Shown here one piece after another: positions 41,297 to 51,837 of a stretch of DNA of 64,000 nt (position 1 is its first letter; every line of letters starts with the position of its first letter). The position numbers were made by a program, and so were the translations under genes. Source of the stretch: Spirochaetota bacterium (GTDB taxonomy: Bacteria; Spirochaetota; UBA4802; JAFGDQ01); contig JAZDKB010000010.1 in the NCBI GenBank assembly GCA_043803405.1, forward strand, positions 80,686-144,685. Direction: 5' to 3'. The notes under the pieces were generated by a model that saw nothing but the letters and a program-made list of their open reading frames with translations, did not search any database and was not told the origin of the DNA.

Positions 41297-42448
41297 TTAT
41301 TCTCCGGATGCAGCAGCTTTAAATATTTTTATATAACTATCAGCGATTTTTCCTGCGTAAAAATCTTTTACTTTAATTTTATTATTTTCCGATAATTTTT
41401 TATACAATTTTTTATCTTTATGTAAAAGCAAAATACCATCAGCGCAGGCATCTATGTCTCCCACATTAATTACAATCGCATTTTGTTTGTTTTTTAAAAA
41501 ATCAACCTGCCCTCCTTCGTTTGAGCAAATTACCGGCAGCCCGCAATGCATTGCCTCCATGTAAACGATCCCGAATCCTTCGTGCATCGATGTTAGCGTA
41601 AACAAGTCAGCCACAGAAAGATATTTATACTTTTGTCCATCGTCGACAAATCCCAGAAAAATGACTCTTTTATTTAGATTTAACTCGGACACCAGCCTTT
41701 CAAGATTTTCCTTTTCGGGCCCGTCTCCTATTATGAACAGTTTGAATTTATCGGACGGTATTTTTTTTAACGCTCGTATTAAAACGTCAATTGCTTTTCT
41801 TTTAACGAGCCTTCCGCATGTGGTTAAAATAAAGTCATCTTTATTTATTTTTAAATCGCTTCTCTTTATTTTGCCGATAGCAGGTGGATGAAAAGGCAGG
41901 GGTATAATATGAATTTTTTTATTAGGATTATAATATTTTACGGCATTAGCGGCAGTATTGCTTGACTGGGCTACAAGCGCGTCCGCCCTGTTAAACAGGT
42001 ATTTTACGATCGCGGACCAGAACCTGCTTTTATGAGGCGACATTTTTTTGCTTGGATCGTAAATTTCTCCGCCGTGAAGTGAAACAACATTAGGAACCTT
42101 AAATATTTTTCCCAGCAGAAAACCGACAGGTCCCGAAGGGATCACGAAATGAGTATTAATAACTGAATACCTGTTTTTACGCATCAGAATTATTCCTTTA
42201 ATAAATGCGCCAGGCAGATAAGTCAGCAAAGAAAGGAATGTTGCCGCGTCCCTGGATTTTCTGAAAAATATTTTTACCCTGTGAATATTTACATTATCAA
42301 CTTTTTCAAATCTTTTCAGTCCCCTGAAAGATGAAGTTATCACGTCAACCTGATCATGTTTTGCCCATTCAATAGCCAGATCGCGCGTTGCTACTCCGCC
42401 TCCACCCCCCAGCGGCGGGTATTCGTAATTTATTACCAGTATTTTCAT
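41297..42448 (-). CDS. Glycosyltransferase family 4
   Basis: YEYPPLGGGGG, GRLVKRK, GDGPEK and EGFGIVYMEAM. Confidence 0.93.
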   Translation of the reverse strand: MKILVINYEYPPLGGGGGVATRDLAIEWAKHDQVDVITSSFRGLKRFEKVDNVNIHRVKIFFRKSRDAATFLSLLTYLPGAFIKGIILMRKNRYSVINTHFVIPSGPVGFLLGKIFKVPNVVSLHGGEIYDPSKKMSPHKSRFWSAIVKYLFNRADALVAQSSNTAANAVKYYNPNKKIHIIPLPFHPPAIGKIKRSDLKINKDDFILTTCGRLVKRKAIDVLIRALKKIPSDKFKLFIIGDGPEKENLERLVSELNLNKRVIFLGFVDDGQKYKYLSVADLFTLTSMHEGFGIVYMEAMHCGLPVICSNEGGQVDFLKNKQNAIVINVGDIDACADGILLLHKDKKLYKKLSENNKIKVKDFYAGKIADSYIKIFKAAASGE

Positions 42449-42681
42449 CTAATCGTTTTTTGCTTCCTTATTCTTTGTTTTTTTAAAAATAATCTTTCAG
42501 CAGATCCTCATACTTCGGAATATCAATTATTAAAAACATTTATAACTATAATATCGAAAAATAGTAAAGTTGTTTTTTATTATATTTGACAATGACAATA
42601 TTTTATATTGACACGCTCTAAAAGATATAATAGCATGATTTTCGCTGCAAATTGAATAAAGGTATTGTAAAATTAAACTTT

Positions 42682-43488
42682 ATGGCGAGACGATTATTAA
42701 TTTGTCTTTTTGTCACATGTCTTTTCAGCGCTGTTTTTATTAAGGCTGCTCTTTCATCGGAATTCGATGAGCTCGACAAGCCTCCGGAGGGCGCTCACGA
42801 AGGCCAGATGTTTCTGGGCGCATTTTTTTCGTTCGGATGGCCTCAAAGCGAGCTGATTAATGCAGAGGACAAATTTGTTCAGGGATCATATTATACATTC
42901 GAAAACGGTATATCCAAAGAAATGCAGCTTTCTCATCAATGCTATGTACTTGGCGCTTCATTCGAATACATGCCTTTAGACCATTTGGGTGCAGGCATAA
43001 GTTTGCGGAGAACATACCTTGTTCAGAGCACTGCTTTCGGTTCGGAATATGAGAACTGGAAAGGATACCTCTACAGAGATATCGCTTTATATATAAATCC
43101 GGCTTTTCATGCAACAAGCAGAAAAAGCTGGGACTTTGTTTTAAGCCCGAAGATAGGATACTCCATAGCGAAATACAACGCGACTCCGGTTGCTAAAAAA
43201 ATTCTGGAGAAGTATGCGGTCGGTTCTACACCTGCTGAAAAGTACAGGGGCGATACTGCAAGGGAATCAAAGGGATTCTCTTATGGAGCGGAATTGAACT
43301 GCACTCTTTATTTTACCGGCGGCCTTTATGTTTCAATAGGCGGCGAGTGGATACGGAATACGCTTAAATTCGACAAGGGATTCGATTTAACCAATCCTCA
43401 AACAGATGCTGTTTATACGGGAAAAACATCCGCAACATTAGATACATACAGCGTCATTATTAAAGCAGGATACGCATTCTCAAATTAA
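42682..43488 (+). CDS. Exported protein, probable outer-membrane beta-barrel
   Basis: Signal peptide from MARRLL, and amphipathic strands ending IKAGYAFSN. Confidence 0.7.
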   Translation: MARRLLICLFVTCLFSAVFIKAALSSEFDELDKPPEGAHEGQMFLGAFFSFGWPQSELINAEDKFVQGSYYTFENGISKEMQLSHQCYVLGASFEYMPLDHLGAGISLRRTYLVQSTAFGSEYENWKGYLYRDIALYINPAFHATSRKSWDFVLSPKIGYSIAKYNATPVAKKILEKYAVGSTPAEKYRGDTARESKGFSYGAELNCTLYFTGGLYVSIGGEWIRNTLKFDKGFDLTNPQTDAVYTGKTSATLDTYSVIIKAGYAFSN

Positions 43489-43580
43489 ACCTGATTCAGA
43501 AAACAATAATATTGAATTTTAATTCGGACGATATATTTGACGCTCTTCTTTTTTAACTATCTTTGAGCGCTTACCAAATC

Positions 43581-44318
43581 CTATTTTTTTTCTGCCGCGG
43601 TCTTCTGCTTAATACGTTTCAGGTTAGCCTGAATAACAGTATTCTCCGGAGCCTTATCATTCGCTTTTTCTAGTAATCTTAACGCTTCATCATTTTTGCC
43701 CACTAGCTCAAGGTTTACGGCTGTATTGTTAAGGACTTCGGCTGATCCGGGCATTACTGCAAGAGCTGCGGAAAAAGCGGTTCCTGCCTCGCTGTATTTT
43801 TTAAGCTCCATTAAAGTAATGCCAAGGTCATTATATGCTATCCAGAATTCCGGATCAAAAGAGATCACTTTTTCCAGGTATTCTTTTGCTTTAACAAAGT
43901 TTCTTGCTTTCATTGCGGATTTTCCCAGCACATAATACGGCATTGGGCCTTCGGCTATTTTTGCAGCTCCGGCAGCGGAAAAGTTGGCATCTCCGTATCT
44001 TTTGTTTTCAAGCATCATTAGCGCGAGATCAATATAAGAATCAGGGCTGGTTTTTTTAATTTCCGCGCATCTCCTGAAATGCCCTATGGCAGCCTGAATA
44101 TTTCCCATTTTCCAGTGATTATGAGCAGCAAGAAATCTTAAATCGTAATTCGGAGAATTGTTTTCCATATCTTTTTTCGGATCAAGTTCTTTGGCAATTA
44201 TTGCAAGAGATTCCTTGTATTTTTTCGTTTCGTACAAAGAAAGCGCTTCTTTATAGGAAGCGGACACAATTGAATTTATTGAAATAACAAAAATAATAAC
44301 TGATATTAATTTTTTCAT
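43581..44318 (-). CDS. Exported tetratricopeptide-repeat protein
   Basis: Signal peptide and repeated TPR patterns such as AYNDLG...A...F..AL...P. Confidence 0.88.
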   Translation of the reverse strand: MKKLISVIIFVISINSIVSASYKEALSLYETKKYKESLAIIAKELDPKKDMENNSPNYDLRFLAAHNHWKMGNIQAAIGHFRRCAEIKKTSPDSYIDLALMMLENKRYGDANFSAAGAAKIAEGPMPYYVLGKSAMKARNFVKAKEYLEKVISFDPEFWIAYNDLGITLMELKKYSEAGTAFSAALAVMPGSAEVLNNTAVNLELVGKNDEALRLLEKANDKAPENTVIQANLKRIKQKTAAEKK

Positions 44319-47134
44319 TTTTTTATTCTCCTTGAGGATTGCCTAATTGTTTTATTTTCATTGGATTTTTTTATACGAATAATTTGCCTTACAGATTTTC
44401 TATGTATTTTACCGATTGCTTCCGATTCGTTTACTGCTGCCTGAGCAGCTGCAAGCCTTGCAATAGGTACTCTGAACGGCGAGCAGCTTACATAGTCAAA
44501 TCCAGCCGTATGGCAGAAAGCAATTGAGACTGGTTCGCCCCCGTGCTCCCCGCATATCCCGAGTTTAAGGCTGCGTCTCTGCGAACGTCCTTTGGAAACA
44601 GCAATTTGCATAAGCTTGCCTACTCCGTCAATGTCGAGTATACTAAACGGATCATTCGGAACTATTTTTTTTTCAATATAATACGGCAAAAAACTGTTTG
44701 AGTCGTCCCTGCTAAAGCCGAATGTCATTTGGGTCAGGTCATTTGTGCCGAACGAAAAGAATTCGGCCTCGCGCGCTATCTCATCTGCCGTTATCGCTGC
44801 CCTTGGCACCTCTATCATAGTACCTATATGATAATCGATCTTAACATTCATTTCTTTCATTACTTTTTCAGCAACGCTTACAATTAGTTTCTTTTGCAAA
44901 ATAAGCTCATTAACAATACTTACCAGCGGCACCATTATTTCCGGTTTTACTTTGACACCTTTTTTCTTTACTCTGCAGGCTGCTTCAAATATTGCACGCA
45001 CCTGCATTTCCGTAATCTCGGGATATGTTATACCGAGACGGCAGCCTCTGTGCCCCAGCATAGGATTGAACTCATGCAGGGATTCCACTTTTGCTTTAAT
45101 TTCCTGCAGGGGAATTCCCATTTCATCAGCCATTATTTGCTGATTCTCCTTTTCATGAGGAACAAATTCATGAAGCGGCGGGTCAAGAAGCCTTATTGTA
45201 ACCGGGTAACCTTCCATCTCTATAAATATTGCGAAAAAATCGTCTCTCTGCATAGGAAGAAGTTTTGCGAGTGCTTTTTTTCTCCCCTCGGGATTATCAG
45301 AGAGTATCATCTCACGTACTGCTTTTATCCTGTCGCCTTCAAAAAACATATGTTCGGTGCGGCAAAGCCCTATGCCCTGCGCGCCGAAATTTCTTGCTAT
45401 GCGCGCATCGTGCGGCCTGTCGGCATTGGTCCTTATTACAAGTTTTTTTAATTCATCCGCCCACTTCATTATTATACCGAAATCCCCTGAAAGGGTTGCT
45501 TCAACAGTCTTTACCTCTCCAAGCATAACCTCGCCGATCGATCCGTCCAGTGAAATATAATCTCCTTCTTTTATAATTAAGTCTTTAATTCTTATTTCTT
45601 TTTTTAAATAGTCGATATCGAGTTCCCCGCAACCCGAAATACAGCATTTACCCATGCCGCGCGCCACTACAGCCGCGTGCGAAGTCTGTCCGCCGCGCTG
45701 GGTTAAAATACACTGGGCGACAGACATGCCTTTGAGGTCTTCGGGCGATGTTTCTATCCTTACAAGAATAACGCGCTCCCCCCGGCCGCTCCACACATAA
45801 GCGTCATCGGCATTGAAAACGACCCTGCCTGTAGCTGCTCCGGGAGATGCAGGCAGCCCTTTTGCGATTACTTTTCTTTCAGCTTTGGGATCGAATGTCG
45901 GGTGAAGAAGCTGGTCCAGCGAATCCGGCTGTATGCGCAGTATGGCTTGCCTTTTCGTTATCAATTTTTCGTTTACCATATCAACCGCTATTTTTACGGC
46001 TGCGGCCGCAGTTCTCTTACCGTTCCTCGTCTGAAGCATCCAGAGTTTTTTATCCTGAATAGTGAATTCAATATCCTGCATGTCTTTAAAATGCTTTTCA
46101 AGTTTTTTATATGCCTTAACAAGTTCGTTGAAGACTTCGGGCATATATTCTTCCAGTGAAGGATATTTTTTCTTCCGGTCATCTTCGGATATATTGCTGC
46201 TCTTTGCCCAGTCACGTGAACCTGCAAGCGTTACCTGCTGGGGAGTTCTTATGCCTGCCACAACATCTTCGCCCTGGGCATTGATGAGATATTCGCCGTA
46301 AAATATTTTTTCGCCTGTAGCCGGATTTCTTGTGAATGCCACACCTGTAGCGCAATTCTCACCCATGTTGCCGAATACCATTGCCTGTACATTAACGGCA
46401 GTGCCCCAGCTTTCGTCAATATTGTTCATTTTTCTGTAGAGAATTGCCCTTTCATTATTCCATGAATCGAATACCGCTTTAATAGCTCTCCAGAGCTGTT
46501 CGTCCGGATCGCCGGAAAAAGCGGTTCCAAGCCTGTTTTTTATCAGATCTTTGAATCTCCCTGTAAGTTCCTTTAAGTCGTTCAGAGTAAGGTCAAGATC
46601 GGTTTTTGCACCCCTTTCTTTTTTAAGTTTATCCATTATTTCTTCAAAAGGATCTGTATCTTCCTTACGAAGCGGTTTTAAGCCCAGTACAACATCTCCG
46701 TACATCTGAATGAACCTTCTGTACGAATCCCACGCGAATCTTTCATTGCCGGACTTTTTTATAATGCCTGCAAGCGTTTCGTCGTTAAGACCGAGGTTAA
46801 GCACAGTATCCATCATACCGGGCATTGAAACGCGGGCGCCTGAACGCACGGAAAGCAATAGCGGATTTTCGGCATTACCGTACGTTCCCGCGCCCATTAT
46901 TTTTTCAACATGTTTTATTGCTTTATCGACTTCCCCGGTAAATCCTTTTGGGAACATCCTGTTATTTTTAAAATAACTATTACAAACTTCAGTTGTAATA
47001 GTAAAACCGGCAGGAACAGATATGCCAAGATTTGACATCTCGGCAAGGAAGGCGCCTTTTCCACCAAGAAGATTTTTCATTTGCGCATTTCCTTCTGCAA
47101 TACGATTTCCGAACGTAAAAACGTTTTTTTTCAT
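44315..47134 (-). CDS. ppdK: Pyruvate, phosphate dikinase
   Basis: LLGGKGA, SVRSGA.VSMPGMMDT, GGQTSHAAVVAR, GLCRTEHMF, GTNDLTQ and GICGEHGG. Confidence 0.97.
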   Translation of the reverse strand: MKKNVFTFGNRIAEGNAQMKNLLGGKGAFLAEMSNLGISVPAGFTITTEVCNSYFKNNRMFPKGFTGEVDKAIKHVEKIMGAGTYGNAENPLLLSVRSGARVSMPGMMDTVLNLGLNDETLAGIIKKSGNERFAWDSYRRFIQMYGDVVLGLKPLRKEDTDPFEEIMDKLKKERGAKTDLDLTLNDLKELTGRFKDLIKNRLGTAFSGDPDEQLWRAIKAVFDSWNNERAILYRKMNNIDESWGTAVNVQAMVFGNMGENCATGVAFTRNPATGEKIFYGEYLINAQGEDVVAGIRTPQQVTLAGSRDWAKSSNISEDDRKKKYPSLEEYMPEVFNELVKAYKKLEKHFKDMQDIEFTIQDKKLWMLQTRNGKRTAAAAVKIAVDMVNEKLITKRQAILRIQPDSLDQLLHPTFDPKAERKVIAKGLPASPGAATGRVVFNADDAYVWSGRGERVILVRIETSPEDLKGMSVAQCILTQRGGQTSHAAVVARGMGKCCISGCGELDIDYLKKEIRIKDLIIKEGDYISLDGSIGEVMLGEVKTVEATLSGDFGIIMKWADELKKLVIRTNADRPHDARIARNFGAQGIGLCRTEHMFFEGDRIKAVREMILSDNPEGRKKALAKLLPMQRDDFFAIFIEMEGYPVTIRLLDPPLHEFVPHEKENQQIMADEMGIPLQEIKAKVESLHEFNPMLGHRGCRLGITYPEITEMQVRAIFEAACRVKKKGVKVKPEIMVPLVSIVNELILQKKLIVSVAEKVMKEMNVKIDYHIGTMIEVPRAAITADEIAREAEFFSFGTNDLTQMTFGFSRDDSNSFLPYYIEKKIVPNDPFSILDIDGVGKLMQIAVSKGRSQRRSLKLGICGEHGGEPVSIAFCHTAGFDYVSCSPFRVPIARLAAAQAAVNESEAIGKIHRKSVRQIIRIKKSNENKTIRQSSRRIKK

Positions 47135-47289
47135 ATTTAATAGATGTTATTAAAGATAATCGGGATTTATTGTTTCAAATAAGGATTTATATTATCACAT
47201 ATAAATCCTTATTTACAAGAAAATTTTTTATATGAAGGCCGGTTTACATAAACAATGCAGGAGTTTAACAAAAATCATTATCCGGAATT

Positions 47290-48300
47290 TTATTTTCCCG
47301 TATATTTTTTTACTTCCCGGATAAAGCACACTTTAAAATGCTCGCAATTTTTGCAATGATCATCCTCAATATTAAAATCATCTTCATTGCAGATTACGCT
47401 CTGGTCATTGTCCTCAGTCATAATCTCAATATATTTAATATATTGAAACTCGTCGTCCGAAAGAGAATCGATGCCTGTGTCTTTTAATTTTTTCAGGATA
47501 TTAATCTGTAACTCTGTATTATTAATATCCATCATTTCATTTTTGCTGTGAGATTCCGGGCCTTTGGCTGCTGTTTTCTTTTTTATTATGCCGGATGCCT
47601 GTTTTAATTTAAACTTAAACTTGAGAGATCGTCTGTTGATAAACAGAAAAAAGATAACCCCCGCAGCCAGCCCTCCAAGGTGGCCAATATGGGATACTGT
47701 GCTGTTTGTACCGGAAAACTGGAGAAATAGTTCTATTGCGCCGTAAAGAATGACCAGGTATTTTGCTTTAATGGGAAATACAAAAAAGATCATAAGCTGC
47801 AGATCCGGGAAAAGAACGCCGAATGCGAGCAAAAGACCGAAGATTGCGCCTGATGCTCCGATAGTAGGCACATAATATCCGAACCCCTGGTCGATATAAT
47901 TTATAAGAAAAATAGTTATGCCTGCAACTACTCCGCAGAATATATAGTAAAAAACAAACTTTTTGCCGCCCCATTCCTGTTCAATAGGCATGCCGAAAAT
48001 AAGAAGCGCGTACATATTAAAAAGTATGTGGACAATGCTGGTTGTGTCGTGCAAAAACATGTAGGTCAGGATCTGCCATACATAGCCTTTATCTGCTACA
48101 AGAGCGGGTATAAGCCCCATATAGAAAGTCAGTACAGACGGTCCCTGTGTGTCGACCCCATGAACTGTATAACTCATGCGGTATTGTTCCGCGAAAAACT
48201 GTATTACGAATATTACTATATTCAATATTAGCAGTCTGAAACACCATGCATTGTAAATACTTCTGCCGGAATTGTTCATTACATGTCCTTGCTTTTTCAT
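47290..48300 (-). CDS. Rhomboid intramembrane serine protease with a soluble Cys-containing C-terminal extension
   Basis: WQILTYMFLH, HILFNM, GASG and HIGHLGG. Confidence 0.92.
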   Translation of the reverse strand: MKKQGHVMNNSGRSIYNAWCFRLLILNIVIFVIQFFAEQYRMSYTVHGVDTQGPSVLTFYMGLIPALVADKGYVWQILTYMFLHDTTSIVHILFNMYALLIFGMPIEQEWGGKKFVFYYIFCGVVAGITIFLINYIDQGFGYYVPTIGASGAIFGLLLAFGVLFPDLQLMIFFVFPIKAKYLVILYGAIELFLQFSGTNSTVSHIGHLGGLAAGVIFFLFINRRSLKFKFKLKQASGIIKKKTAAKGPESHSKNEMMDINNTELQINILKKLKDTGIDSLSDDEFQYIKYIEIMTEDNDQSVICNEDDFNIEDDHCKNCEHFKVCFIREVKKYTGK

Positions 48301-48412
48301 ATTTTGTGCTTATCAATTTATTAAATCTTCTTTATAGAGTAAAGCCATTTTTTAGCTGGACATTTTTAAAAGCAGACTGTTATATAATGCGGATAGAGGT
48401 AATGCACCAGGG

Positions 48413-50266
48413 ATGAAAATAAATTCTTATTTTATCGCCTTCATTCTGTTTTGTTTTCAACTGCCGTCAATGGCGGACAATCAAAACGTTCTTAAAGCAT
48501 ATTCAGCCGATGATAAAACCGAAATACATGCCGGTGAATCCGGCATCTTTACAATAAAAATAGAAATACCGTATAAGCACTATATATACGGGAATCCAAA
48601 TGGACCCGGAACAGGTAAACCTACTGTAATAGAAGCAGCGAAATTACCCGGTTTTATATTTGAATCGCCGAAGTTCCCGCTTCCGAAAAAGTACACGCCA
48701 AAGGGCGAAGCTGATTTTGTATGGATATATGAAAAAGAAACAGAAATCGATTTGCCCTTTAGGATGAAAAAAGACATTGCGCCAGGGAACTACCGGCTTT
48801 CGGTTTTTGTAAAGGCGCTGTTGTGTTCGGATAAAGCCTGTACTCCCTATGATATTCAAATAAACCATCCGGTTACAGTGCTGGCAGGAACGGGCAGGAA
48901 CGGAGCAGTTAATACTAACAGTAAGTTTTTGCCGTTCACAGGTTCAGAATCTGAAAGCAAAATTAATCAAAGTAATATTGCCTTAACCAATGACAAAAAT
49001 AGTGATGCTAAATTTGTCCGGGAAACATCTCAATTCCGGCCGCGATTTACTTCATCGGCCGATATCTCAGGTATTATTCAGGCGATCATTTACGGAATTA
49101 TTGCAGGTTTTATTCTTAATTTTATGCCCTGCGTTCTTCCTGTAATAAGCATTAAAATACTGGATATTGTTAAACAGTCCGGTAACGACAGAAAAACGAC
49201 AATGAAGACAGGACTCGCTTTTACTGCCGGCATATTAACCTCGTTTGCAGCACTTGCGTTCCTTGCAGCTTTTCTTGGATATAGCTGGGGCGGCCTTTTC
49301 CAGAACAGCTTTTTTCTTATAATAATGACTGCAATTGTTTTTGTTCTGGCTCTCTCAATGTTCGAAGTGTTTATAATAAATGTTCCGGAATTTGCCGGCA
49401 GGATTGCAGGCTCATCTTCCGGAAGTCACATAAATGCATATACAAAGGGATTGCTGGCAACGCTGCTTGCCACTCCATGCAGCGGGCCTTTTCTTGGAGG
49501 CACGCTTGCCTGGGCTTTTACGCAGTCATATATCGTGATATTCATTGTGTTTTTAAGCGTCGGATTCGGCATGTCGCTTCCGTATTTGATTTTAACAGCA
49601 AACCCGGGATTGATGAAATTTATTCCGAAGCCGGGAGAGTGGATGATTACTTTTGAAAAAGTAATGGCTTTTCTTTTGCTCGGCACATGCGTTTACCTGA
49701 TCGGCATACTTGAACAAAGACTAATACTGCCTACTCTATGGTTTCTTTTTTTTACAGGCATTGCATTCTGTCAATATGGCAGATACGGATCTGTTCTTAA
49801 TTCTCAAAAAAGCAGAATTATTTCAAGGCTGGCTGCCGTTTTTATAATTGCAGCAGGTTATTTTTTAAGTTATCATTATTTTTTTGCAATTGATGAGAAT
49901 AAGGTTTCTTTTGAAATCAGTAGAAATAATTTCAGCATATCACGCCTCTTTGAAAACAGGAACAATGGCAGAATCACGATTGTTGATTTTACCGCAGACT
50001 GGTGCCCAAACTGCAAACTGGTGGAGAAAACATCGCTCTTTACCGAAAAGGTTGCGGAAGCGATTTCTAATAGCAAAGCAGAATTCCTCACCGCGGATTT
50101 GACAAAGGAAAATCCTGAAGCATCTGCTCTTTTAACTAAGCTGGGCAGCCGTTCTATTCCCTTCCTTGCAGTGTTCCCGGCAGGGGAGAATTTTTTAAAG
50201 CCTGTATGTTTAAGGGACATTTACAGCGAAAAGGATGTTCTTAACGCAATTGAGGAGGCAAAATAA
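48413..50266 (+). CDS. Thiol:disulfide interchange protein, DsbD family
   Basis: N-domain CSDKAC, TM motifs PCVLP and TPCSGP, and thioredoxin WCPNC. Confidence 0.92.
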   Translation: MKINSYFIAFILFCFQLPSMADNQNVLKAYSADDKTEIHAGESGIFTIKIEIPYKHYIYGNPNGPGTGKPTVIEAAKLPGFIFESPKFPLPKKYTPKGEADFVWIYEKETEIDLPFRMKKDIAPGNYRLSVFVKALLCSDKACTPYDIQINHPVTVLAGTGRNGAVNTNSKFLPFTGSESESKINQSNIALTNDKNSDAKFVRETSQFRPRFTSSADISGIIQAIIYGIIAGFILNFMPCVLPVISIKILDIVKQSGNDRKTTMKTGLAFTAGILTSFAALAFLAAFLGYSWGGLFQNSFFLIIMTAIVFVLALSMFEVFIINVPEFAGRIAGSSSGSHINAYTKGLLATLLATPCSGPFLGGTLAWAFTQSYIVIFIVFLSVGFGMSLPYLILTANPGLMKFIPKPGEWMITFEKVMAFLLLGTCVYLIGILEQRLILPTLWFLFFTGIAFCQYGRYGSVLNSQKSRIISRLAAVFIIAAGYFLSYHYFFAIDENKVSFEISRNNFSISRLFENRNNGRITIVDFTADWCPNCKLVEKTSLFTEKVAEAISNSKAEFLTADLTKENPEASALLTKLGSRSIPFLAVFPAGENFLKPVCLRDIYSEKDVLNAIEEAK

Positions 50267-50303
50267 AATCAGCAGGCAGGATATAAAAAGTTAAAAGCAA
50301 AAA

Positions 50304-50972
50304 TTATTTCGGCAAATCCTGAAAATGATGCCGAACATCTTTTCCCTGCGCAACGAAAATAACGACTTCCGCGATATTAGTAGCGTGATCGGCTATTTTC
50401 TCAAAGTGATTTGTTACAAGAATCAGGCTAACGGCGATCTGGACTTTTGACGGATCCTTTGCCATCATATCCATCAATTCCTGCCGTATTTTATAATGGA
50501 GTTCATCAACCTGGTCATCGCGTAAAAGTATGCTTTTTGCCTTATCAACATCCAGATTTAAAAAGGCATAAAGGCTTTCCTTGTACATAGTACTGACTAT
50601 TTCCACCATTTTAGGCATATCAACAAAGGGTTTAAGCCGGTCATGCTGTAAAATTTTTACAATTTCCTTGCCGATTTTAACTGCGTGGTCACCGACCCTT
50701 TCAAGCTCGGCATTGATCTTTATTATCCCCAGAATAAATCTAAGGTCGCTGGCAGTAGGCTGGTGAAGCGCTGTTAACTTAAGGCAAAATTCATCGATGT
50801 CAACCTGCAAATGGTTTACCATGGATTCGTTTTCCTTTATCGCATCAAGGATTGTAATGTCGTGTTCAACAAGCGACTTTATTGCCATGTTCACCATTTT
50901 TTCCGAAATGGACCCCATCTTTAAAAGCATTTCCCTAAGGGCGTTTAATTCTTCGAAAAAATGTCTATCCAT
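50304..50972 (-). CDS. phoU: Phosphate signalling complex protein
   Basis: QPTASDLR, ELERVGDHA and EKIADHATNIAE. Confidence 0.95.
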   Translation of the reverse strand: MDRHFFEELNALREMLLKMGSISEKMVNMAIKSLVEHDITILDAIKENESMVNHLQVDIDEFCLKLTALHQPTASDLRFILGIIKINAELERVGDHAVKIGKEIVKILQHDRLKPFVDMPKMVEIVSTMYKESLYAFLNLDVDKAKSILLRDDQVDELHYKIRQELMDMMAKDPSKVQIAVSLILVTNHFEKIADHATNIAEVVIFVAQGKDVRHHFQDLPK

Positions 50973-51012
50973 TCTAATTCTCCAATTTATTATCCGGATA
51001 CGGTCAGTATGT

Positions 51013-51768
51013 TTAACCGTATCTTCCCGTTATATAATCCTGAGTTCTTTTATCTCTGGGATTCGTGAAAACATCCGAGGTTTTGCCGAATTCAATCATT
51101 TCGCCAAGAAGCATATATCCGCACATGTCCGATATTCTGGAAGCCTGCTGCATGTTATGAGTTACAATTATAATATGATAATTTTTCTTTAAATCGAGCA
51201 TTAACTCTTCGATCTTCATTGTCGCTATCGGGTCAAGAGCCGAGCACGGCTCGTCCATGAGAATGACTTCCGGTTCAACTGCCAGCAGCCTGGCTACACA
51301 AAGACGCTGCTGCTGATAAAGAGGAAGCGACAAAGCAGGCTCGTGCAGCCTGTCTTTAAGCTCATCCCATAGCCATGCTGACCTCAGGCTTCTTTCAACT
51401 ATTTCTGCCGTCTTTTTTTTATCAGTAAATCTTTCGACTTTTAATCCGAATGAAACATTTTCGGAAATAGAAAGAGGGAACGGATTAGGCCGCTGAAAAA
51501 CCATCCCTACTCTTTTTCTCAGCTCATATATTTCAAGTCTGGAGCTGTAAATATCTACGCCATCAAGAAGTATCTGGCCTTTAATTCTTACTCCTTCTAT
51601 CAGGTCATTCATCCGGTTTATGGTGCGTAAAAGAGTGGACTTGCCGCATCCGGACGGGCCTATAAGGCCTATAATATTATTTTTTTCAACCGACATAGTT
51701 ACAGACTTAAGCGCCTGAAATTGCCCGTAAAATAAGTCTAAATTTTTAATTTCAATTATTTTCGGCAT
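51013..51768 (-). CDS. pstB: Phosphate ABC transporter ATP-binding protein, paralogue 1 (degenerate signature motif)
   Basis: [33 protein letters not shown] and DYITGRYG. The signature reads LPLYQ. Confidence 0.93.
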   Translation of the reverse strand: MPKIIEIKNLDLFYGQFQALKSVTMSVEKNNIIGLIGPSGCGKSTLLRTINRMNDLIEGVRIKGQILLDGVDIYSSRLEIYELRKRVGMVFQRPNPFPLSISENVSFGLKVERFTDKKKTAEIVERSLRSAWLWDELKDRLHEPALSLPLYQQQRLCVARLLAVEPEVILMDEPCSALDPIATMKIEELMLDLKKNYHIIIVTHNMQQASRISDMCGYMLLGEMIEFGKTSDVFTNPRDKRTQDYITGRYG

Positions 51769-51837
51769 TATTATTGTTAATTAATATATTATATTTTTTT
51801 CTTTACGTCTATGTGTTTTCGCAATAAATAATTTGTT

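Noticed and set aside
44315..44430. Basic C-terminal extension of PpdK as a new domain
   Set aside because: About 35 low-complexity Lys/Arg-rich residues overlapping the next gene start, more simply explained by stop-codon drift.
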